This document shows, one piece after another, positions 1 through 7,352 of a DNA stretch of 64,000 nucleotides. The stretch covers positions 19,546 to 83,545 of the forward strand of contig JAZRRG010000042.1 in assembly GCA_045650565.1 (NCBI GenBank). The letters are read 5' to 3'. This DNA is from Acutalibacteraceae bacterium. GTDB lineage: Bacteria > Bacillota > Clostridia > Oscillospirales > Acutalibacteraceae. A program made the translations under genes and the position numbers. The first letter of the stretch is position 1, and each line of letters begins with the position of its first letter. The notes beneath the pieces are model-generated. The model saw only the letters and a list, made by a program, of their open reading frames with translations. It had not been told where the DNA came from and did no database searches.

Positions 1-864
1 GCCTCGGTTAGAGATTTTGATAAGATGAAGGCACTATTCAAAAGTTACCGTCCGCAAATAATTTTTCATGCCGCTGCACACAAGCACGTGCCTCTTATGG
101 AGGATAATCCGGAAGAGGCCATCAAAAACAATGTATTCGGTACATATAATGTTGCTCGTTTGGCAAATGATTTTGGCACCGATAAAATGGTGCTTATCTC
201 AACCGATAAGGCGGTTAACCCCACCAATGTTATGGGTGCTTCAAAGCGTTGCTGCGAAATGGTTATGCAGTATATGGCGCAAACCAGAGAACATACAGAA
301 TATGTTGCGGTGCGCTTTGGTAATGTATTGGGCTCAAACGGCTCGGTAATCCCGCTTTTTTCAAAGCAAATCGAAGCGGGTGGTCCCGTTACGGTTACCC
401 ACCCCGACATTATCCGTTACTTTATGACAATTCCCGAGGCGGTATCCTTGGTGCTTGAATCGGGTAATTTGGCAAAGGGCGGCGAGATATTTGTGCTCGA
501 TATGGGCGAGCCGGTTAAAATCACAACACTTGCCGAAAATCTTATTCGCCTTTACGGATATGAGCCGTATACCGAAATGCCCATTAAGTTTGTCGGTCTT
601 CGTCCGGGAGAAAAGCTTTTTGAAGAGCTACTTATGTCCGAGGAGGGACTTTTGTCCACCCAAAACAAGAAGATATTTATCGGCAAGCAGATACAAATTG
701 ATGTTCCCGATTTTGAAAAGAAGCTAGAGGCAATAGGTAAGACGGCGAATAAGAACGATAAAAAGACCACTGTCGAGCTTCTCCACGAAATTGTACCCAC
801 ATTCTCTAACGAAAAACAGGATATAAACAATGATAAAAACAAATATGCAAAAAGTGAACCGTAA
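1..864 (+). CDS. CapD/PglF-type polysaccharide biosynthesis protein (NDP-sugar 4,6-dehydratase/epimerase), C-terminal part; the 5' end lies outside the window
   Basis: The frame is open from base 1. The sequence IIFHAAAHKHVPLMEDNPEEAIKNNVFGTYNV...VLISTDKAVNPTNVMGASKR is the typical SDR-type CapD signature (YxxxK region with STDKAV). TAA stop at 862-864. Confidence 0.8.
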   Translation, partial: ASVRDFDKMKALFKSYRPQIIFHAAAHKHVPLMEDNPEEAIKNNVFGTYNVARLANDFGTDKMVLISTDKAVNPTNVMGASKRCCEMVMQYMAQTREHTEYVAVRFGNVLGSNGSVIPLFSKQIEAGGPVTVTHPDIIRYFMTIPEAVSLVLESGNLAKGGEIFVLDMGEPVKITTLAENLIRLYGYEPYTEMPIKFVGLRPGEKLFEELLMSEEGLLSTQNKKIFIGKQIQIDVPDFEKKLEAIGKTANKNDKKTTVELLHEIVPTFSNEKQDINNDKNKYAKSEP

Positions 865-1669
865 CGGTTCACTTTGTTTTATAACCTTTCCTATTTTTAG
901 TAGGTACCCCGAAATACGCCACGCCTTTACAACCCGTTACGGAGGGGTGAGTGAAGGATATTTCGGCAAAATGAATTTAAGCTTTAATATGGGAGATAGC
1001 CGTGAGCATGTAACCGAAAACTACGGTATTATATGTAAGGCAATCGGCATTGACCCCAAAACCATAGTTCTAAGCAGACAAACACATACAGCCAATGTAA
1101 AGGTTGTTGGCAAGGAAAATATGGGTACGGGTATTTTCAAAGAGTATGACTATAACGATGTAGATGCTCTTATTACGAACGAGGCGGGTGTTACCTTAGT
1201 GACACACAGTGCCGACTGCTGCATTTTGGCCTTTTATGACCCGCAAAAAAGGGTTATTGCTGCCTCACACGCAGGTTGGCGTGGCACCGTGCAGGAAATA
1301 GGTGGAGCCACCATAACTAAAATGAGGGAAAGCTTCGGGTGTGACCCGCAGGATATTATTGTAGCCCTTGCACCGTCTATCGGTCCGTGCTGTTATGAAG
1401 TGGATATGCCGGTATATTCCCGCTTTGAAGAGCTTGGATATCTCAATTTGGGCAAAATATTTATTCCGAAATCGAACGGCAAATTTATGCTGAATCTTTG
1501 GCAGGCAAACCGGCAAATATTACTGCATTATGGTATAAAAGAAGAAAACATTGAGCTTACCGATATATGCACTAACTGTAATAGTGAAGATTTTCATTCG
1601 CACCGTGCAACGCAGGGTAAACGGGGAGTAAACGGCTTAATACTTCAAATATCAGGAGAGAAAAAATGA
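830..1669 (+). CDS. pgeF: Peptidoglycan editing factor PgeF / YfiH (DUF152, laccase-domain) family protein
   Basis: The motifs HAFTTRYGGVS, THSADCCILAFYDP and ASHAGWRGT are characteristic of the YfiH family. The start is uncertain (ATG 830 or ATG 845) and overlaps the upstream gene end. Confidence 0.8.
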   Translation: MIKTNMQKVNRNGSLCFITFPIFSRYPEIRHAFTTRYGGVSEGYFGKMNLSFNMGDSREHVTENYGIICKAIGIDPKTIVLSRQTHTANVKVVGKENMGTGIFKEYDYNDVDALITNEAGVTLVTHSADCCILAFYDPQKRVIAASHAGWRGTVQEIGGATITKMRESFGCDPQDIIVALAPSIGPCCYEVDMPVYSRFEELGYLNLGKIFIPKSNGKFMLNLWQANRQILLHYGIKEENIELTDICTNCNSEDFHSHRATQGKRGVNGLILQISGEKK

Positions 1670-2421
1670 AAAAAAAGATAACGGGTACAATTAGTATAAT
1701 TTTAATAGCTGCAGTTGTTTTATGCGCTGTAGTTGCGGTGGTTTCTTTGGTGGGACACCCCAAAATAAAGGTCGGTGTAATCTCTGGCACCTTGGCTTAT
1801 AAGACCGAATCGGGTGAGTGGACAGGGTATGATATCGATTTTGCCACCAAGCTGTTTACACAGCTTGGTTATAAGGTTGAGTTTGTTGAGGTAAACGGTG
1901 TTGACAGAACGGGCTTACTTGAAAAGGGCAAAATTGACTGTTATATGTCGGCAACCGACTTGAGCACCGATGCAAGATTTATATATAGCGATTATTATAT
2001 TGAGTCAAAGCAGGTTTTGTTTTACAAGAATTTTGATATCAGCGAGAATGCGCAGCTAAAGGGTTTAAGAGTTGGCGTAGTAGCAAACACCGAAAACGAA
2101 AAAACCGTTTTGGATTATACTACACGGCCAAATGTTTTAGATTATAGCAATAATGAGGACATACTGGGAGAGCTGTCAATGGGAAGTATTGATGTGGCAA
2201 TATTTGATTATATGTATGCCGAAAAGCTCAAAACGGAGGACGAGAGATTTGCCGATTTTACAGTGGGTATAATTTATGATGTAAACGAGCATGCAATAGC
2301 CACTCGGGCAAAGGACACAAAGTTGCAACAAAAGATTAACGAAAAAATAGCTGAATATAAAAAGGATAACTATTTATCGGCTTTAAAAGAAGCATATTCA
2401 ATGCAAAACTACTATTATTGA
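1666..2421 (+). CDS. Family-3 solute-binding-protein-like protein anchored by an N-terminal TM helix
   Basis: An ATGA overlap with the pgeF stop indicates translational coupling. The N-terminal hydrophobic helix IILIAAVVLCAVVAVVSLV has no lipobox. The body resembles polar amino-acid SBPs (GYDIDFATKLF..., VDVAIFDY). Confidence 0.65.
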   Translation: MKKKITGTISIILIAAVVLCAVVAVVSLVGHPKIKVGVISGTLAYKTESGEWTGYDIDFATKLFTQLGYKVEFVEVNGVDRTGLLEKGKIDCYMSATDLSTDARFIYSDYYIESKQVLFYKNFDISENAQLKGLRVGVVANTENEKTVLDYTTRPNVLDYSNNEDILGELSMGSIDVAIFDYMYAEKLKTEDERFADFTVGIIYDVNEHAIATRAKDTKLQQKINEKIAEYKKDNYLSALKEAYSMQNYYY

Positions 2422-2432
2422 TGTACACAATG

Positions 2433-2467
2433 CACCACTTTAGCGTGATAAAGCGGTGTATTTTTAT
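2433..2467 (+). terminator. Rho-independent terminator after the TM-anchored SBP gene
   Basis: Stem caccacttta/taaagcggtg (9 of 10 bp), 6-nt loop, then tattttta. Confidence 0.6.
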
Positions 2468-2505
2468 GCAATTACGACAAAAATTAAAAAAATTTTAAAA
2501 AACAC

Positions 2506-2534
2506 TTTACAACTTTAGCATAGTGAAGTATAAT
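2506..2534 (+). promoter_or_regulatory. SigA-type promoter for the amino-acid ABC operon
   Basis: TTTACA (2506-2511), 17-nt spacer, TATAAT (2529-2534). Confidence 0.6.
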
Positions 2535-2579
2535 AGGAGCATAACATTAAACGGCAAGAGCCAAAAGGAGTAATTCAAA

Positions 2580-3365
2580 ATGAAAAAACTATTAGCACTT
2601 ATAATGGTATTGTTGATGGTAGTAGCTTGCTTTGCGGGCTGCGGCGCCAAGAAGGAAACGATTGTTGTTGGTTACACAATCTATGCACCTATGAACTACC
2701 TCAATGAAAACAATGAGCTCGTTGGTTATGACACCGACCTTGCTAAAGCAGTTTTCGAAAACCTCGGTTACGAAGTTCTCTTCCAGGAAATCGAGTGGGA
2801 CAACAAATACACCGACCTTGATTCAGATACAATTGACTGCATTTGGAACGGCTTTACCTGCAACACAAAGGATGAAGATGGCGTTGCTCGTGCTGACAAG
2901 GTAGACTTCTCTTACAATTATATGGAGAACCGTCAGGTTATCGTTGTAAAGAAGGATTCAGGCATTGCAGCAGCTGCTGATTTAAACGGTAAGACCGCCG
3001 CTGCAGAGGATGGCTCCGCAGGTGCTACCTATGCTGCTAAATTTGAAGGCGTAACTGTTAAGGGCTTTACAAAGCAGACCGACTGCCTGTTCGAGGTAAA
3101 TGCAGGTACAGCTGATTTTGCAGTTGTTGATGCTCAGCTTGCAAAGAGCTATGCCGGTAAGGGTGACTATGCAAACTTGGTTATTGTAGATGCCCTTTCA
3201 AGCGATGTTGAATATTATGCAATCGGCTTTAAGAAGGACAGTGAGCTCACAGCAAAGGTAAACGCTGAGCTTGAAAAACTCGGCGCTGACGGCACCATTG
3301 CTAAGTTGGCTGAAAAGTATGGAGTTGCCACCACAGCAATCACCGATTTCTCAGACCAGAAATAA
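2580..3365 (+). CDS. Polar amino-acid ABC transporter substrate-binding lipoprotein
   Basis: Signal peptide with lipobox VACFAGC. SBP_bac_3-like body (GYDTDLAKAVF, DCIWNGFT, ADFAVVDAQLA). AAGGAG RBS upstream. Confidence 0.85.
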   Translation: MKKLLALIMVLLMVVACFAGCGAKKETIVVGYTIYAPMNYLNENNELVGYDTDLAKAVFENLGYEVLFQEIEWDNKYTDLDSDTIDCIWNGFTCNTKDEDGVARADKVDFSYNYMENRQVIVVKKDSGIAAAADLNGKTAAAEDGSAGATYAAKFEGVTVKGFTKQTDCLFEVNAGTADFAVVDAQLAKSYAGKGDYANLVIVDALSSDVEYYAIGFKKDSELTAKVNAELEKLGADGTIAKLAEKYGVATTAITDFSDQK

Positions 3366-3383
3366 TAAACACGGAGAATAAAT

Positions 3384-4079
3384 ATGTCTTTTTGGGATGT
3401 CACGTTATTTTTACTTGACGGCTTCAAAATATCTCTGCTTATCTTTGCGGTGACGCTGCTTTGCGGCGCACCGCTTGGTTTGCCTATAGCGTTTTGTTCA
3501 ATGAGCCGTTTTAAGCCGGTAAAGGCAATATCAAAGGTTGTGGTTTGGGTTGTACGAGGTGTACCGCTTATGCTCCAAATCTTTATAATTTATTATGTAC
3601 CCGGTTTACTGCTTAACTTTCCTATGTTCAGCAGAATCGACCGCTGGGCGTTTGTAAACTACGGAATATCCGATGCGGGCAGAATAACGGCGGTGCTTAT
3701 CGCCTTTACTATAAATTATGCCTGTTATTTCTCCGAGATATACCGTGGCGGAATTGAGAGCATATCCCGTGGTCAGTATGAGGCGGGATATGTTTTAGGA
3801 CTAACAAAAAATCAGGTTTTCAAAAAAATAGTCTTAAAACAGGTTATCCAAAGAATAGTTCCGCCCATGTCCAACGAAATCATCACACTTATTAAAGACA
3901 CCGCCTTGGCAAACTGTATTGTTGTTTGCGAAATTATCAAGCAGGCAAAGGAACTTGCAGCAACAAAAGCGTTGATTTGGCCGCTTTTCTACACAGGTGT
4001 GTTCTATTTACTGTTTGTTGGCAGCCTTACAATAGTTCTCAGCAAGGTTGAGAAAAAACTTAGTTATTTCAGGAGTTAG
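3384..4079 (+). CDS. Amino-acid ABC transporter permease (HisM/GlnP type)
   Basis: Multi-TM protein with an EAA-like loop (YRGGIESISRGQYEAGYVLGLTKNQVFKKIVLKQ). Confidence 0.85.
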   Translation: MSFWDVTLFLLDGFKISLLIFAVTLLCGAPLGLPIAFCSMSRFKPVKAISKVVVWVVRGVPLMLQIFIIYYVPGLLLNFPMFSRIDRWAFVNYGISDAGRITAVLIAFTINYACYFSEIYRGGIESISRGQYEAGYVLGLTKNQVFKKIVLKQVIQRIVPPMSNEIITLIKDTALANCIVVCEIIKQAKELAATKALIWPLFYTGVFYLLFVGSLTIVLSKVEKKLSYFRS

Positions 4080-4081
4080 GT

Positions 4082-4840
4082 ATGGCGGTATTAGAAGTAA
4101 AAGATATATACAAAAGCTTTGGCAAAAGCGAGATTTTAAAGGGAATAAGCTTTTCGCTCGAAAAGGGCGAGGTGCTTGCCATAATCGGCTCCTCGGGAAG
4201 CGGCAAAACTACACTGCTTCGTTGTCTTAACTTCCTTGAAACCACCGATAAAGGAAAAATCATGGTTGACGGAAAGGTGCTGTATGATAGCGAGAGTGAG
4301 GCAAAGCAAACCGATGAAGAAATACGGCAAAACCGGTTGCATTTCGGTCTTGTTTTCCAAAACTTTAATTTGTTCCCACAGTATACGGTATACGAGAATA
4401 TAACCTTGGCGCCCTCTCTTCTTAAAACCATGCCCGAAGCCGAAATAAAGCAAAAGGCCGAGGCGCTGATTGAAACGGTTGGACTTTCCGACAGGGCACA
4501 TTTTTACCCCTGTCAGTTATCAGGCGGACAGCAGCAGCGAGGTGCCATAGCCAGAGCGTTGGCAATGGACCCCGAAATCCTTTGCTTTGATGAGCCCACA
4601 AGTGCGCTCGGCCCCGAGCTTACGGGTGAGGTGCTGCGGGTTATTAAGGGACTTAAAAGTTCTGACAGTACAATGATAGTTGTAACACACGAGATGGAAT
4701 TTGCCCGAAATGTTGCCGATAAAATTATATTTATGGCCGATGGAATTATTGAGGAAATGGGTACGCCCGAAGAGGTGTTTGATAACCCTAAGAGCGAGAA
4801 AACCAAGGCGTTTTTAAACAAATCATTAGAGACATTTTAA
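4082..4840 (+). CDS. Amino-acid ABC transporter ATP-binding protein
   Basis: Walker A GSSGSGKTT, ABC signature LSGGQQQRGAIARAL, Walker B ILCFDEPTSAL, H-loop VVTHEM. Confidence 0.9.
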   Translation: MAVLEVKDIYKSFGKSEILKGISFSLEKGEVLAIIGSSGSGKTTLLRCLNFLETTDKGKIMVDGKVLYDSESEAKQTDEEIRQNRLHFGLVFQNFNLFPQYTVYENITLAPSLLKTMPEAEIKQKAEALIETVGLSDRAHFYPCQLSGGQQQRGAIARALAMDPEILCFDEPTSALGPELTGEVLRVIKGLKSSDSTMIVVTHEMEFARNVADKIIFMADGIIEEMGTPEEVFDNPKSEKTKAFLNKSLETF

Positions 4841-4900
4841 AAAACATCGCAAGAAAAATATTTCTTGGGGTTTAAAAGCATATAAAAAGGGATAAGCAAA

Positions 4901-6079
4901 ATGAAGCGAATAATATGTATGATTTTAACGCTTGCTCTGCTGTTTACATTTTGCGGATGTTCTGATAAAAACAAAGGGGGCGATGTGGTGAAAAACTCTT
5001 TTACCGAAAAACCGAGAACCTATAATAAGGGTACGGGCGAAGAGTGGACATTGGCCAACACATATAACTGCCTAACAAATAAAAAGCAGCTCAATGTAGC
5101 GTATATTGGCGGTTCGGTAACGGTGGGCTCGGGTTCGAGTAAGGGAAATTCGTGGCGAGAGCTTACAACCGTCTGGCTTAAAAGTAGATATCCGAATTCT
5201 ACAATAAATGAAATATATGCAGCCATTGGCGGAACAGGTTCACAATGGGGGCTTTTCAGACTAAAAGAGGATGTTTTGGCACATAACCCCGATTTAGTGT
5301 TTATTGAGTTTTGCATAAATGACAGTTATGAGTTTTTCAGCGAAACCGAGAGCGCTGCCTTTGCTGATGCAATGGTAAGGGAAATAAATGAGCATAATAA
5401 AGATACCGACATTGTGTTTGTGTTTGTAACCGATGAGGGTAAGCTTGGCACCGATTTTGCAAACAAGGTGAGCTACCGCAAGGTTGCCGAATATTACGGA
5501 GTTCCTTATATTGACGCAGGCAAGGCGCTGGTTAATGAAATGAACGAAACGGGGAACGATTGGCGGTATTATGTGAGAGACTGGGCACACCCTAACGACA
5601 AGGGGTACGCAGCATACGCTAAAGAGGTTGAAAGGTGCCTTGGTGAGTGGCTGGAGGCGGCCGCTAAAGTTGAGGCAAAGCCACATATATTAAGCCAAAC
5701 ACCTGCAGTTACCAACAGTTTGCAGAACATAAGGCGAATAGAACCGAGTGAGTTAAATTACGATGAAAATTGGCGGCTTGATGATACCCCTAAAATGAGC
5801 ATCGGCAACCAAACAATACTTGAGGCACGTAAGGTGGGTGCCCAAATAACACTTGAGTTCGAGGGCACACAGGTAGGATATATATACTATGCCAAAACAA
5901 ACGGCAATATAAAGGTTACAGTAGATGGCTCAAACGAAAAAATCATAGAGGCGGAGGAAGGCATGAAAACCCTTTCGGAAAAAATTGTGTACGACAATTT
6001 AACCGAGGGCACACACACGTTAACTATCGAATGGGTCGGACCGGGGTATTTTTGCATAGGAGCATTATTCGTAGGATAA
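4901..6079 (+). CDS. SGNH/GDSL-family hydrolase lipoprotein with a C-terminal beta-sandwich-like extension
   Basis: Lipobox LFTFCGC. Block I IGGSVTVGSG, block III FIEFCINDS, block V DWAHPNDKGY. Confidence 0.7.
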   Translation: MKRIICMILTLALLFTFCGCSDKNKGGDVVKNSFTEKPRTYNKGTGEEWTLANTYNCLTNKKQLNVAYIGGSVTVGSGSSKGNSWRELTTVWLKSRYPNSTINEIYAAIGGTGSQWGLFRLKEDVLAHNPDLVFIEFCINDSYEFFSETESAAFADAMVREINEHNKDTDIVFVFVTDEGKLGTDFANKVSYRKVAEYYGVPYIDAGKALVNEMNETGNDWRYYVRDWAHPNDKGYAAYAKEVERCLGEWLEAAAKVEAKPHILSQTPAVTNSLQNIRRIEPSELNYDENWRLDDTPKMSIGNQTILEARKVGAQITLEFEGTQVGYIYYAKTNGNIKVTVDGSNEKIIEAEEGMKTLSEKIVYDNLTEGTHTLTIEWVGPGYFCIGALFVG

Positions 6080-6116
6080 AAAAAGCGCATAGAAGGATTT
6101 CCTTCTATGCGCTTTT
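6078..6116. terminator. Bidirectional terminator between convergent genes
   Basis: aaaaaagcgcatagaagg-attt-ccttctatgcgctttt, a perfect stem flanked by an A-run and a T-run. Confidence 0.8.
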
Positions 6117-6121
6117 ACTTG

Positions 6122-7012
6122 TCATACAAGAGGAGACCAGCCGCTTTCGTCCTCTGAAACGACGAAGGAGGGACCCTTACCGCCGGAATCACCAGAGCTC
6201 GTGCTGTCAGAACTGCCGCTGTCAGAACTTGTAGTGTCAGAACTTGTAGTGTCAGAGCTTGTGCTGTCAGAGCTTGTGTCTTCGGATGAGGAATTCTCTG
6301 AACTGCTATCCCCCGAAGTGTTATCCTCGGGAATTTCCTCCTTCTTTTGCTCCTCATTGGTTTCGGTTTCGATTTTATCAATGAGGTCCTCCTTGCCAAG
6401 CTCGTTAACAAGGTTAACTATCTCGGTTACCGAAAGCCCTATAAGGTCCTCCGCCTTTAATTTGTTGTTTTCTTTTTGTAATCGCATACAAAGATGTGCC
6501 TTTGCGTAAGAAACGCTATATTTATCGGCAAGCTTTTGCACATCATCCTGCTTTACCTTGATATATAACGAATAGATGCGCGCATTCGGAGCGTGGGTCT
6601 TGAGAACGGTTTTAAAATAACCTGAAAGGGTTTCAAAATCCTGTTCGTTTCTGCTCTCAACCGCAAAAAGCAGAACTTCTTCTTGGCCTAGTGAGAGCTT
6701 TTTCGCATCAATTAAATTTTTTAAAAATGTGTCCATCGCTTGAGAAAACGAAACCGATGAACCTATTTTTTCCACAAGAAAACAATCGGTATTGCTATAG
6801 GTTTGGGCGTTCGTTACGGCATATAGCTCGTTGTTAAGCGTGAACGAAGCCGACACCGAGTTATCAACGGTAACGGTTATATATTCAGCAGGAACGGGCG
6901 TCTTTTTAGGTGACAAAATAGACACCACCACTGCCGCAATTGCGATTACCGCAACAAGACCGAGCGCAATAACGCAAATAAGTTTATGTCTTTTATTCAA
7001 AGTAATACCCAT
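6122..7012 (-). CDS. Single-pass membrane protein of unknown function with a Ser/Asp/Thr-rich low-complexity C-terminal tail
   Basis: N-terminal TM helix LICVIALGLVAVIAIAAVVVSIL, a globular domain of about 190 aa, then SSSENSSSEDTSSDSTSSDTTSSDTTSSDSGSSDSTSSGDSGG. A consensus promoter lies upstream. Confidence 0.6.
   Translation of the reverse strand: MGITLNKRHKLICVIALGLVAVIAIAAVVVSILSPKKTPVPAEYITVTVDNSVSASFTLNNELYAVTNAQTYSNTDCFLVEKIGSSVSFSQAMDTFLKNLIDAKKLSLGQEEVLLFAVESRNEQDFETLSGYFKTVLKTHAPNARIYSLYIKVKQDDVQKLADKYSVSYAKAHLCMRLQKENNKLKAEDLIGLSVTEIVNLVNELGKEDLIDKIETETNEEQKKEEIPEDNTSGDSSSENSSSEDTSSDSTSSDTTSSDTTSSDSGSSDSTSSGDSGGKGPSFVVSEDESGWSPLV
6192..6281. repeat. Six imperfect tandem copies of a 15-nt unit inside the CDS (encodes pentapeptide SSD(T/S)x repeats on the minus strand)
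   Basis: Plus-strand units: accagagctcgtgct, gtcagaactgccgct, gtcagaacttgtagt (x2), gtcagagcttgtgct, gtcagagcttgtgtc. Confidence 0.85.
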
Positions 7013-7058
7013 AAATTATTATCCTCTTCATTGCTTTATTTTAATTATTACAATTATA

Positions 7059-7086
7059 ATTATAAATAAACGAGAAAAATTGTCAA
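7059..7086 (-). promoter_or_regulatory. SigA-type promoter for the 6122-7012 gene
   Basis: On the minus strand: TTGACA (7086-7081), 16-nt spacer, TATAAT (7064-7059). Confidence 0.6.
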
Positions 7087-7240
7087 TATGATTTTATTTT
7101 CCACCACAATATTTGGGGTTAAAACAACAAAAAAGCACAAATTGTGCCAACCTAAAAAAAGAGATTAAAAATAAAAGGTTTTTTTGTGATAAATCTTACA
7201 AAAAAGCGCCATCTTTTTGAGGAATCTTGGTCAAAATCAC

Positions 7241-7269
7241 TTGACAAAAGCCCTTTAATTTGGTACTAT
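7241..7269 (+). promoter_or_regulatory. SigA-type promoter (extended -10) for the carbohydrate-uptake operon
   Basis: TTGACA (7241-7246), 17-nt spacer ending in TGg, TACTAT (7264-7269). Confidence 0.55.
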
Positions 7270-7352
7270 TATACAGTAAATAATGTGGTGTATTATATTT
7301 ATTTATAATATATAATAGCCACGCAGCAATAAACTTTAAGGAGAAGTGAGTT

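Noticed and set aside
6115-6509. ORFs 6115-6411 (minus strand, other frame) and 6201-6509 (plus strand)
   Set aside because: They are by-products of the 15-nt tandem repeat inside the 6122-7012 gene. The translations are repetitive (LTAQALTLQVLT..., SELVVSELVV...) and there are no translation signals.
7183-7200. Possible catabolite-responsive element (tgataaatcttaca) upstream of the sugar operon
   Set aside because: It matches the cre consensus TGWAANCGNTNWCA poorly, the central CG is absent, and it lies upstream of the -35 box. This is not convincing.
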